DNA of 64,000 nucleotides, from positions 1 through 64,000 of the forward strand of contig JBEUKZ010000104.1 in assembly GCA_048128005.1 (NCBI GenBank), given 5' to 3'. Shown in pieces: positions 48,773 through 61,101 of this stretch. A program made the position numbers and the translations under genes. Source of the stretch: Veleropilina oligotropha (lineage: Eukaryota). Numbering within the stretch: position 1 is the first letter of the stretch; each line of letters begins with the position of its first letter. Below the pieces are notes generated by a model, which searched no databases, had not been told where the DNA came from, and saw nothing but the letters and a program-made list of their open reading frames with translations.

Positions 48773-49705
48773 ATACTAACATAGGATTCGAGGCCATGTT
48801 ATTCCTAGTTCACTATACATTATCATGTGCAGCACTATAATGAGTGGTTTCCAAATATTTTTAGCCCTTAATTCTTAAAACATCGACAAAGTTCATCGCT
48901 GTTAATAGTTTCCAGTTATATGCATTTTAGGACCTAGTTGTGTGGAATACAACAAAGGTCTTAAATGTTCTCGCAGCATTCACTCTAATGCATAAGACGC
49001 GTTGCATGCCAATCCCTTTATGGCGATTACCATATAAACAAGAATACCATCATCGATATCCCTCGCAAGGCAGATGCCCAGACGAAAATCGTTTCGACAC
49101 CACTTTGTTGAGGGATATAACTATGAATATATGTATTTCAATGTAAGGTAAACTGCCTACCAATATTAAATGAATACTATGATTAGCTAGGCATTACAAG
49201 AAAGAAGCACAGCTTACATAACCCCGTTCAGTGCTTTCAATAATTATAGTCTCTGCCAATGTTATATCCGCCAATATTCTTTAAAAAATAAGAAATCTCT
49301 GCAAACGCCGCAGCAAAAGGATGACTAAACCATAGTGTCCCGACTATAGTCTGGGGATTCAATTATATATGAACCCTGGTCAGTTGAGGATAGTGATATT
49401 AGACACGTGCATTGGACATACAGTCTGTTCTGGTAATGGCAATATACAATCCCATTTTAAGATACCCATGGAATAAATCAATGAGGAAGTCAGTTTTCAA
49501 TATCCATTCAATTCATCTGTTTTGATATTCCCAGCTCCACAGAGTGACGAATAAGGTTAACAGCTTCCTGTACCTTAATCACGGTGAGCCAGTCTTACAG
49601 ATAAGCACGTCCTTTTCATCGTACATACATAATATTTACATAAGTAAACAAAAGAAATAGTTACATTTCAAAAATTAAATTTCAATACTCCAAAGAATAA
49701 TTTAA

Positions 49706-49912
49706 ACTAGAAATATGTCCATCGGACACGAATGCCCCCACTGGCAGCCTTGACCATAGGGGCAGTGTACAAAGTATCAAGTCAATCCATGAAGGCAAAT
49801 ATAAGTTATAGCAGATTGGAGTTGCTTACACGCAAATACTGGTTTCGGGACGGACGGGACGGACAAGAGTAAATCTAAATGCCACCCCAATAAATTGGTG
49901 GTGGCATAAAAA
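49706..49912 (-). mobile_element. Short HINE family A
   Basis: Near-identical to 17334-17556. Confidence 0.8.
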
Positions 49913-50755
49913 ATATTATGCACACTAGACTGTTCGGTGCTTTTGATCATTGTAGTCCAGGTCAATATCTGGGACTACTATAAGAGGGGCTGGAAGCTCT
50001 GACCAATTATCCGACTCGCCGTCAATACAGCAATAATGTGGTACTCGCTATTGTTCTCGTGTTTACCGCACTGCGCATGTGCGTAGTGGGCTTTGGCATT
50101 GTGACAAGACTATTTTATCCCCAATTAGGATCAATGCGGTAAATTATAACAGTTTGAATTCACAAAATACCCATTAAACACGAAATTCGATAAACACAAC
50201 ATAATGATAACGAGTTGTTTTTTATTATTTTAATTTGTACGGTATTCAAACAAAATATATTGCATAATTATTTATAATAAATAAAATTCAATACAACCAA
50301 TTATTGAAAGAGATCTATGTTAATCGTTAAATAAATTGATTGGGCAATTAAAATAGAAATAAGTTCTTATGAATTTATCTTTATTACTGAATCGGAACCA
50401 TATAAATGGCCCCCAACTACTTTTCTAATGGTTATCAAAACAAACGTTTGTATTCAATAGAGACAATAAAGGTAGCCACTAATTGCATTTCATTCTATGT
50501 TTTGCTTTACATGTTGTTATAATGTAAAAGCGGTCAGTAATTTGTCTGCTCAATAACAATGGTAACAACTTAAATTTGGCACTATAATGAAGTATTATAG
50601 ATTGAAACGGACCATGTTACCATTTAGACACCTTAAGCTTTGATAAGCTATTTTAAGACGTAAATAATGTAATTAAATCTTCGTTTTATTTCCCTGTAAA
50701 ATAGCAGAGTCGATTTAATCGAGGGTAAATTAGAAAACAGGTGAAAATATTCCAT

Positions 50756-53203
50756 AACTAGAAATATAAAGTCCCCGGAACATGGAATGCCCTCGTGATA
50801 TGAATTTTGGTTGTCTACATGACTAATAGGGAGAAATGTAACTGTACTTATTAATGTATAAGCAAAAATATGTGTTTTCTATCTTGGTCCGATATCGATG
50901 GTATTGAACGTCCTAATTATGTATCAGTAACTGCCAAAATAAACCCTAAAACAACATGCATAACTGATACAAATGTGCATGACCTGCATTATACAATGTT
51001 GCCAGCATGACAGCTAGTACACAGTCTGAGGTGGCATCAAAATAATATACCCATTAGCATAAACTATATACCCAAATATTGATCATGCCCAAACTCCACT
51101 AAAACATGGAAACGAACGAATGTAGCCAGCAGGACAGTACGCAGTGTGTTCAATATTCTAACTCATAATAGTTCAAACTTATATAAATTTGTTAGTATGA
51201 AAAAGCAAAATAGTAGGTGACTTTCTTGTATATAAATTATGCTACATAGGTTAAGTCCAAAACCCCAATAAAACATGGAATAAATTAAGATATTCGTTCA
51301 ATATTCGAACTCCTGATAGTTCAAACTTTTATCTGTTACTATGCAAAAGTTGAAGGAGGTAATTGTTGATTAACAGCAAAAGTTATATATGTGACTTTAT
51401 TATATATAAATTGTGCTCCATAGGCTAAGTCCAAAACCCCAATAAAACATGAAATAAATAAAATTTTCGCTCAATATTCGAACTCATGACAGTTCAAACT
51501 TATATCTGTTAGTATACGAAAGTTGATGGCGGTGGTTATTTATTATCAGCAAAAATAATAGGTGACTTTCTTTTCTATATGTAATTTATGCTCCAGTGGC
51601 GAATTCCAAAAACCCAATAAAACATGGAAATAATTAAAATTTCCATTCAATATTCGAACTCATGACAGTTCAAATTATATCTGTTAGTAAACAAAAGCAG
51701 AAGGAAGTGGTTTGAGATCAACTTCCAAAAAAATAAGTGACTTCCTAATATATTAATTATGCTCCTGAGACAAAGTCCAAAAACCCAATAAAACATGGAA
51801 TAAATTTAAAAAATTGTTTAATATTCGAACTCATGATAGTTCAAACTTTTAACCATTACTTTATGAAAGTTGAAGGAGGGTGATGTTTATTAGCAGCAAA
51901 ATTAATATGTGACTTTATTACGTATATAATATATGTAATAATTTATGCTCCAGATGCGAAGTCCAAAATCCCAATAAAACATGGAATAAATTTTAAAAAT
52001 TGTTCAATATTCGAACTCAAGACAGTTCAAACTTATATCTGTTAGTAAACAAAAGCTGAAGGAAGTGGTTTAAGATCAACAGCAAAAATAATAGGTGACT
52101 TTCTTGTATATAAATTGTGCTCCATAGGTTATGTCCAAAAATCCAATAAAACATGGAAATAATTAAAACATTCGTTCAATATTTGAACTCGTGATAGATC
52201 AAACTTATATCTGTTAGTATACAAAAGCTGATGGAAGTGGTTTGAGATCAACAGCAAAAATAATAGGTGAATTTCTTGTATATAAATTGTGCTCCATAGG
52301 CTATGTACAAAAAGCCAATAAAACATGGAAATAATTTAAAACATTAGTTCAATATTTGAAATCATGATAGATCAAACTTATATCTGTTAGTATACAAAAG
52401 CTGAAGGAAGTGGTTGAGATAAACAGCAAAAATAATAGGTGACTTTCTTGTATATAAATTGTGCTCCATAGGCTATGTCCAAAAACCCAATAAAACATGG
52501 AAATAATTAAAACATTCGTTCAATATTTGAACTCATGATAGATCAAACTTATATCTGTTAGTATACAAAAGCTGAAGGAAGTGGTTTGAGATCAACAGCA
52601 AAAATAATAGGTGACTTTCTTGGAAATAAATTGTGCTCCATAGGCTATGTCCAAAAACCCAATAAAACATGGAAATAATTAAAAAATCAATTCAATATTT
52701 GAACTCGTGATAGATCAAACTTATATCTGTTAGTATACAAAAGCTGAAGGAAGTGGTTTGAGATCTACATAAAAAATAATAGGTGACTTAATTGTATATA
52801 AATTGTGCTCCATAGGCTAAGTCCAAAACCCCAATAAAACATGAAATAAATAAAATTTTCATTCAATATTCGAACTCATGATAGTTCAAACTTATATCTG
52901 TTAGTGTAAAAATGTTGACAGCGGTGGTTACTTGTTATCAGCAAAAAAATAATAGGTGACTTTCTTATATGTAATTTATACTTCAAAGACCAAAACATTG
53001 AAAAAATTAAAATATTCAATCAATATTCAAACTCATGATAGTTTAATCGCAGATCTGTTAATATGTCAAGTTTGGGGGAAGTGGCCTCTCAGTAACATGG
53101 ATAGATCCATGAGATCTAATGTGTCACGGACGGACGGACGGACACACATACCAAAAGCATGATGCCCCCTAGACCAACTAAAGTCGGACGGGGGCATAAT
53201 AAA
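50756..53203 (-). mobile_element. HINE-like element carrying a ~172-bp satellite array (about 10 copies)
   Basis: AATAAAACATG recurs at ~172-bp spacing over 51267-52833; (GGAC)n and ATGCCCC..GGGGCAT end. Confidence 0.8.
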
Positions 53204-54599
53204 ATGCAACAAATAAAGAAGAGAGTCCATCACAAAATGAATATCAACGCTTGACATATTTAAGAAAATTGGTTGTTTTAAAATGCAAATATGTGCTATA
53301 AATCTTCGTTATATTTCACTACGCAATAGATGAGTTCAAGCAACTGATTGCAAATAAAAAGATGGTGCAAATATCAAAAAGTATAATGTAACAGCTGGCG
53401 AGGAGAAGAAGTTGCAAAATGAGTACTTTACACTGTGAAAATATTAACGCTGAACATATTCAGGAAATATCGTCATTTTTAATTGCAATTATATGATATA
53501 AATTTTCGTCAAATTTCACTTCACAATAGAAGAGTCGAAGCAATAGGATATAAATAAAATGATGGGCAAGATATTCAAAAGTAAAATATATAGCAGCTGA
53601 CGAGGAGAAGTTGCAAAATGTACTATTTTACGATTCGAAAGCTTTCTCATCGACGCCACTTTGGATTTTCGTAAATAACCCAGAACATACAATATCATAA
53701 CACTAATCTATGCTTTTTTGACATAATTTTAACGATATAAGGACATACACACAATCTACAATATATATAATATCTATTTATGTGCACACAGATGTCTGAC
53801 AAATAGTAGCGAATAGTTTATATGGGACTCAATTAGCAAGTTGTTGCTATGCTTATTAGATTGCAGGCGAACTCTCGCCTATTAACGCCGAGTATGTCAT
53901 TTCAGCGCGATCTTTAAATTTGCCAATCCCTCTAGTATAGTAGTTCCAGACAATATTAATTATATCAGCAATTTTTTTTAAATATATATTTCAGAAATGT
54001 AAAAGTAGCAAAAGACATAACTACTCAACCTAGTTTAAGTGTGTGTACCAACTTTTGTTAAGATAATTGGTACGGTTTGGGAGATACGCTCCGGTGAGAA
54101 GTGTCACACATGATAGTCAATGTCAATCTTATATCTGCCATTTTTTGTAAAAATAAAAATTTGAGAAACTTGAAAATAGCATAAGGCACAACCACTTAAC
54201 TTAGTTAATGTTTGTACCAAGTTTTGATATGCTAGCATGTAAGCTTCCTAGTGACATCCGTGCAAGCTGTGATCTTTGTACTTTTAAGACCAAGCTAAAA
54301 ACATTCCTGTTCAATGGAGCATATGGAAACTGATAACATCTATACTCTGTCATAGACACTTTTGAATTCAGACTCATTCCAGCGCATTCGAGCAGTGTTT
54401 GCTCACTGGATATTTGCGCTATACAAATTCATATATGTATGTATGTATGAATAACCGGAAGGACGGACGAACGGAACGCTATGTACCCCCAGCTACTTCG
54501 TAGCATGCGGGTATAATAAATAGATCGATTTTAAACAAGACCATCTCTGTCCTACTAAACTCACCACTCTGATCAGATCATCTCCACACCACACGCTCT

Positions 54600-54924
54600 A
54601 TACCTCTTCTATCAAATCCATCGCATCCTCGCCTCTGCGTCCCTTCTCGACCTCTTCTATCAAATCCACTGCAACATCGCCTCCTCCCTTGAATGTCACT
54701 CGCCCCTCACTTCGACATCCTCGATCAAATCCACCGCCGCAACGCCTTCTCGACCCTCACTCGAATATCACTCGCCCCTCACTTCGACCTCCTCTATCAA
54801 ATCCACCGCCGCCACGCCTTCTCGACCCCCCTCGAATATCACTCGCCCCTCACTTCGACCTCTTCTATCAAATCCACAGCCTCCACGCCTTCTCGACCCC
54901 CCTCGACTGTCACTCGCCCCTTAC
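54600..54924. repeat. ~71-bp RGG-derived tandem repeat that does not preserve reading frame
   Basis: Minus-strand unit GGATTTGATAGAGGAGGTCGAAGTGAGGGGCGAGTGATATTCGAG... recurs about 4 times. Confidence 0.75.
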
Positions 54925-55014
54925 CTTGACCTCCTCTGTCGAAACCACCACTGCCACGCCTCGCCTTGCTTTTTGCATGCTCGACCTTGATCACGCTGCC
55001 ATTGAACTCCTTGT
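54925..55014 (-). CDS. FET-family exon: RRM end and start of RGG region
   Basis: tttcag|AC AAG...: KEFNGSVIKVEHAKSKARRGSGGFDRGGQ, candidate donor GTAAGG. An alternative distal donor GTGAGT at 54564 would include a stop. Confidence 0.7.
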
Positions 55015-55395
55015 CTGAAAGAAAACAATAATCTCTTTCCAAATAACAAGAATTCATATGTGGCAAACAAAAGTCTTTCAGAAACAAACAAGAATCACTT
55101 AGCAACAAAAAAGAATCGTATAGCAACAAACAAGAATCACTTAGCAACAAACATTTCTACAAGTATGATAGATTTACATTTTATTTCCCCCAGTTAACTG
55201 ATGTTCCTTTAGTCGTTGGATGAAAGCTACGATACATGCATATGAATACTTCACGCATACACTCTTTACCATTGAAGCATTCTCAAAAAGTGCCATATTG
55301 AGCCATCGATATCATTATGGCAAACTGATGAAACTCGGTGCAACGTTCCATAGAAATGACTTTCCCATATAATAAGCATTCAGAGCGGCACTCAC

Positions 55396-55525
55396 TGTTG
55401 AACCTGTGTACAGCTGCAGAAGCGGTCTCTGCATCATCGTACGTAACCATTGCGTCCCCTTTGGGAATTCTGAAAATCTTGTCCCTATTGATCCAGATTT
55501 TGGGATTCCCAGTGAACTTGTCCAC
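55396..55525 (-). CDS. FET-family exon: RRM core
   Basis: ttcag|VDKFTGNPKIWINRDKIFRIPKGDAMVTYDDAETASAAVHRFN|gtgagt, matching the FET RRM pattern (..PKGEATVSFDD...A.AA..WF). Confidence 0.88.
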
Positions 55526-55752
55526 CTGAAATCAACATTATTCAAATGAAAATATGGATTCTACTGCAACAAATGTTTTCTCCCAAATTTGGACGTAAAT
55601 TTTACAAAATATTTTGGTAAGACTATCAAATGCAGACAAATAAAAAACCTGCACAAGCTCAACTTTTTCACACAATGGCCGTTCACTGAAGACTACTTAT
55701 GAATTTTGATAATGGAAGTACAAGCATTCCTCAAGTTTTCACTTTAAACATA

Positions 55753-58700
55753 AACTAGAACGTCGAAGCCGTGATATGGCTCGCATGACATATTGCACAA
55801 TTCTATAGCAGCCATACATTAATTAAAACGTCTGGAGTCCTTAGAAGCAATCACAGTAATATATATTATTCTAGGACCTTGGATTAACCATGAAGAAAGC
55901 AATATATTTTGAATTGTAATAATTATTTGTGCGAGTTCACAAACACAATTCAAACATTAAAAGTAGAAGAATGATGCTTTTGGAATACAGAGTAATTCCC
56001 AAAATTCATTATTACTGAGTAGCATTAGTCACTATTCTAACAGAGTCATATTACTATAAATTTTGGATAGCACTGTGTATTACAATTTCTGCTCTTCGAA
56101 ATATTTTTATAGAAATTTCACAAAATAATATAGTTAGAAATTGCTAGCTTTTACAGGACATCATACTTTGAACAATGATGTAAAGGATAACACCAGTCAA
56201 AATCGCTATTGATTACAATCAAAGTATGTTGTATATGAAGCAGTCAAATATAATTGTGAGTGAAGTAGATATTTAATTGATTTGAAAAGTTACAGTATAC
56301 TACATGCCCCATGTGTACAATAGTATTAATACTATTATATACAAGAGCTGCACGTACGGAGGGAGCGACAACAATATCCCCACTTCCTTCAAGCGGCAGA
56401 CAGAAAGTTTTGTCCAATTTTGGTGCTCATATGACTTATCGTATTACAGTCACTGAGCAAAACGCAAAACTTAACGTTGAAAAATACCTAAGTCATTTAC
56501 CCGTAAAACGTAGGTAAAGGTCGCGAAGGCAGCACCGATATGTAATGGGCACTCTATAACCAAATTATTGTCCAATTTTGGTGTTCATAGGACTTGTAGT
56601 ATTCCAGAAACTGAGTTAAACGCTAAACTTAACGTTGAAAAATACGGAAGTCACTTGCGCGTAAAAAGTAGGCCAAGGTCACGTGGGGCAGCGGACAGAA
56701 GGCGAGGGCAGCACCGATATGCAATGGGCACTCTATAACAAAGTTGTTGTCAAATTTTGGTGATCATAGGACTTGTAGTATTCCAGAAACTGAGTTAAAC
56801 GCTAAACTTAACGTTGACAAGTTACAGTATACCACATGACATGCACTATGTACATAAGCACATAATCAAATTTAAAGATAAAAAGACATTATAGCATCAA
56901 CGGAAAAGTTTGACCAAAACTTTAACAAATTCTTTTTAAATCCAGAACTAGCATTTTGAAGTATAATTAGATTTAAATTACATTCAATATTAGTGTTATA
57001 GTGTCGTGTAGCATTGGAGAAGAATAAAAATGATGATAAAGAGTGCACATGTTTGCCTATATTGAAAAGCATTATTTAAAACTTTAACATTCAATATTTC
57101 GAAGTCCAAAAGCAGCAATTTGAAGTAAAATTTTATTTAAATTACATTCAATATTACTGTTATAGTGTTGTACAACATGGTAATAGACATATCTACAATA
57201 AAAAGAGAGCACATGGTTGCCTATATAGCATAATTGAAAAACTTTAACATTCACAGCGGAGAGCCAGACAGACAGACGGACGGATGAACATCATCATTAC
57301 ATATGCCTGCATCTGCTTTGCATGCAAGCCATACATAGAAAGCATGAAGAGAGTGTAACCTTGAGAAAAAAAACTTCAACATTTAACTTTATAAAATTTC
57401 CCAAGTTAAAACCTCACATAATTTCTATTTTTGAGATAAAATAGATTTAATTTACCTTAAAGATGCTGAATCTACATTCGTATGATATTTCGTATAAAAG
57501 AAAACTATAAATACGATATGGTATCCATACATGACATGTTTTTAGGACGAAGGAACAGTTAAAATGCAACAAAAGGTGTTGCCAGAATTTAATAATCGCT
57601 TCAGCCGACGTGGTATTTTAATCAGCGCGTCAATCCTCCGAAGCTATCTTATCTCATTTATCGGGGACGGACACATCCGATCATTATTGGGTCAAACGTC
57701 ACGTGGTCCCGTCGATTTGATTGACACATAGACCTAAATATGATTACGTCTATGATTGACATCACACAGCAAGCAAAATGCAGGTCAGTGTTTATCGGTT
57801 CGCTGAAATTGATGTATAGCTTTGAAACATATAGCTACTTTCTCATAATTGTACGTAGTATATGGCAGCACTACTAACATAATAACCATATTTATTTCAC
57901 CAAATAATTAGGCCTATTGCGCACCGCGACATTGTAATGACATGGGCATTCACTGTTTCAAGTGCTTCACTGTTTGTTTACAAGTTGAAGTAGCCGCATC
58001 CAATTTTCATTTATAGCGTTATTGATTATTTCAAGTTTTTCGCGTACATCCATTTCACAGTCGATAACGGCGGCCTGCCTCTCTTTCTCGTGTCGACATC
58101 CGCCATGGAAACCGATATAAACAAACTCAGACAAGGTCGACCTTGAAATGACCTGGTAGATCGTGAGAGTGATTTAGGGCGGAGCTAAGTGACGTGTTGA
58201 GCCGTCGTTCATTCAAATATTTATTACTAAGCGAAAAACAATTTTGCGGTGTGTGGTAATCTCTGAAACGTCCTAACTATATGCAATAAATCAATGCAGA
58301 AAGTGTAAGATAGAACAGCATTTAAATACATTTTAGCGATCTGAAGTAGATCCTGCATCTTTAAATAATACTGCTCTGGTGGCATGGGATATTGAAATAA
58401 ACATATATAATGTTCATTGATGCTAAAACGTTTCAATGTCAGGTATTATATAGCATCATTGAAAAACTTTAACAAAATAATTTCTATGACCAGAAGTATC
58501 ACTTTTGAAGTAAAATTTGATTTAAATTACATTCCATATTACTGTCATAGTGTAGGGCAATATTGCAGTAGACATTATGTCAAATAATACGATGATAAAG
58601 AGTGCACATGTTTGCCTTATATAGTATTATTGAAAAAAGTCCAAAAGCAGCATTTTGAAGGAAAATTGTATTTAAATTACATTCAATATTAATAGTGTAG

Positions 58701-58875
58701 TGTTGTGCAACATGGAAATAGACATATCTACAATACAATTATGATAAAGAGAGCACAGGATTGCCTATATAGCATAATTGAAAAACTTTAACATTCACTG
58801 TGGACGGCCGGCCGCATGGCCGGCCGGACATCATCATTACATAGGCTCGCATCTGCGTTGCATGCGAGCCAAAAA
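55753..58875 (-). mobile_element. Large HINE-like element, family B copy 2
   Basis: Same termini and body as 40617-44054, with different nested content. Confidence 0.65.
57461..58360. mobile_element. Kolobok-like non-autonomous TIR element (TTAA TSD)
   Basis: TTAA|AGATGCTGAATCTAC...GTAGATCCTGCATCT|TTAA. The paralogous empty site TTACCTTAAATAATACTG lies at ~43517. Confidence 0.8.
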
Positions 58876-59189
58876 TACAGCGATGTTCAGTTTCAGATAG
58901 CATCATACACTGTGGCCACCAGAGATTACAAGCTGTCGAGTGACGTTGTGGTAAACATAATACATCGAATGCCGCATGACGCTGAACAACAAGACTTTAG
59001 CTGAGTGGTTAACGTTGTAGGTTTACTCAAGGTTATTTAATGAAGACATTTTGATCACAAGCATTATGATATCTGATGTGGTATAAGCTTCCATATACCA
59101 TGCCTGGCCGGGGTAGGTCTTCAGTTAGTAAAATGAGGTCAGCCAATAAGAGAGGATACGTGGCCAAAGCAAGAGAATTGTTTGTTTAC

Positions 59190-59299
59190 CTCTATGCTGC
59201 CAACGCTGCTGAAATGCTGCCGAAGCGAGTTCTCTACAATATCCGGCATCAGACCAGTGATGTATATCTTGTTCAGCAGGGGGTCCGTCTCAGGGGAAT
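59190..59299 (-). CDS. FET-family exon: RRM start (RNP2)
   Basis: tctttcag|AT TCC...: SPETDPLLNKIYITGLMPDIVENSLRQHFSSVGSIE|gtaaac; phase 0 joins the next exon. Confidence 0.8.
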
Positions 59300-59860
59300 C
59301 TGAAAGAAGCAGGATTAATACCATCTATGGCCGAATACATCAACAAAACACACCAATCAGCAGGGGGTCCGTCTCAGGGGAATCTGAAAGAAGCAGGATT
59401 AATACCATCTATGGCCGAATACATCAACAAAACACACCAATCAGCAGGGAGTCCGTCTCAGGGGAATCTGAAAGAAGCAGGATTAATACCATCTATGGCC
59501 GAATACATCAACAAAACACACCAATCAGCAGGGGTCCGTCTCAGGGGAATCTGAAAGAAGCAGGATTAATACCATCTATGGCCGAATACATCAACAAAAC
59601 ACACCAATCAGCAGGGGGTCCATCTCAGGGGAATCTGAAAGAAGCAGGATTAATACCATCTATGGCCGAATACATCAACAAAACACACCAATCAGCAGGG
59701 GGTCCGTCTCAGGGGAATCTGAAAGAAGCAGGATTAATACCATCTATGGCTGAATACATCAACAAAACACACCAATCAGCAGGGGGTCCGTCTCAGGGAA
59801 ATCTGAAAGAAGCAGGATTAATACCATCTATGGCCGAATACATCAACAAAACACATCAAT
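59273..59860. repeat. 84-bp tandem repeat (7 copies) spanning the exon's splice acceptor
   Basis: Units start at 59273, 59357, 59441, 59525, 59608, 59692 and 59776 and are nearly identical. Confidence 0.95.
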
Positions 59861-61101
59861 AAGCTCTGAAGTTTGATATCGTACTTATACTTTAACTAAA
59901 GTATAACAGGTTGTCTAATTTTGGGAAAAACTTAAATGCAAAATGCAGCTGCATTGCTAGTCAACAACAAAAATGTGACATTCTAATAAAACTAATGCTT
60001 TTACCAATCAAAGTTACCAAAATAAAGGGCAGATTTAAAAAATGAATTTGAATGAATTTTTTAAATAAAGTTCTTATATATCTCTTCAAAATGATATAAC
60101 CTATTGCACGCATTATATGCATGCTATTAAGTATAGGTTATACCACAAGGTTTGGTTGTCTAACCGGAAAAGCCTGCAGTGAATCAACGAGGCGCGAAGC
60201 GCTGAGTTGATTAACTGCACAGGCTTTTTCGATTAGATAATAAACCGAGTGATATAACTGACTTAAACCATTGCAAAAGTGTAAAATAATTTAAAATATA
60301 TGATTTTAATAACCTTATACACCCATTGTTAGCATAAGAAAGTAATCCCCTGTGGTCTAACTGACAATATGGCCAGTTAGACCACGGGCCAAGACAATAG
60401 AATGACGTCATAAAAATGGTTTAACATACAATTAACCAAGCCCAATAATGCCGCCCCATATACCTGCATCATGTTAGCTACATAAAATAAAGGTTTTATA
60501 GTAAACCTTACGTATATTCACAAGTGTCATAATAGTTATGCTATTGCTAAATCCGGAAATAGTGGAATCGCATTGCACCATTTGTAAGAAAAGGAACACA
60601 ACATAGCACACACCCCGACCACTGCCCTGTCAATCAAACATTAAGTTCAGTGACCTGCGACCTCCCACGTCACGTGAGGTCAAGACCTGATAATAGCCCC
60701 GCCCTAGAATGGCCAGTTTTCTGTTTGGAGCGATCAAGATAAGGAACTTAAAGGAATAAGGGGAGGTATGCGAATACTAAAGAGCAGGGTGGGAACCATG
60801 GTGAATAGGTAAGGTAAGTTTTAACTAATACTAGGTTTACTATAAAACCTTAATATTAGTTACAAACATACCGTTACGTATTCACAAGTGCCAGAATAAC
60901 CTTGGTTGGCAGGAACAAGTTCCTATATAAACTAAAATAATAAACGTTGCTTGCCAAATCGCAGTTCACGGGTCCGATCCAGATAAAACTTCAAGGCGCG
61001 CACCGGACAATTTAATTGGTCCGCGTCATGTCGTCAGTCTAATGATAATTTCGGGATAACGACATCGGGAGCGACTTCATTCGGCCATTGGTTATTGGCT
61101 A

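Noticed and set aside
49968..53950. Possible TIR element (TCTGGGACTACTATA / TATAGTAGTTCCAGA, CAATA flanks) enclosing the satellite HINE
   Set aside because: The inverted match is short and imperfect and the boundaries are ambiguous.
59273..59860. CRISPR array, or the 226-aa repeat ORF at 59182-59862
   Set aside because: Units are contiguous with no unique spacers, there are no cas genes and the context is eukaryotic. The ORF is an antisense by-product of the 84-bp repeat.
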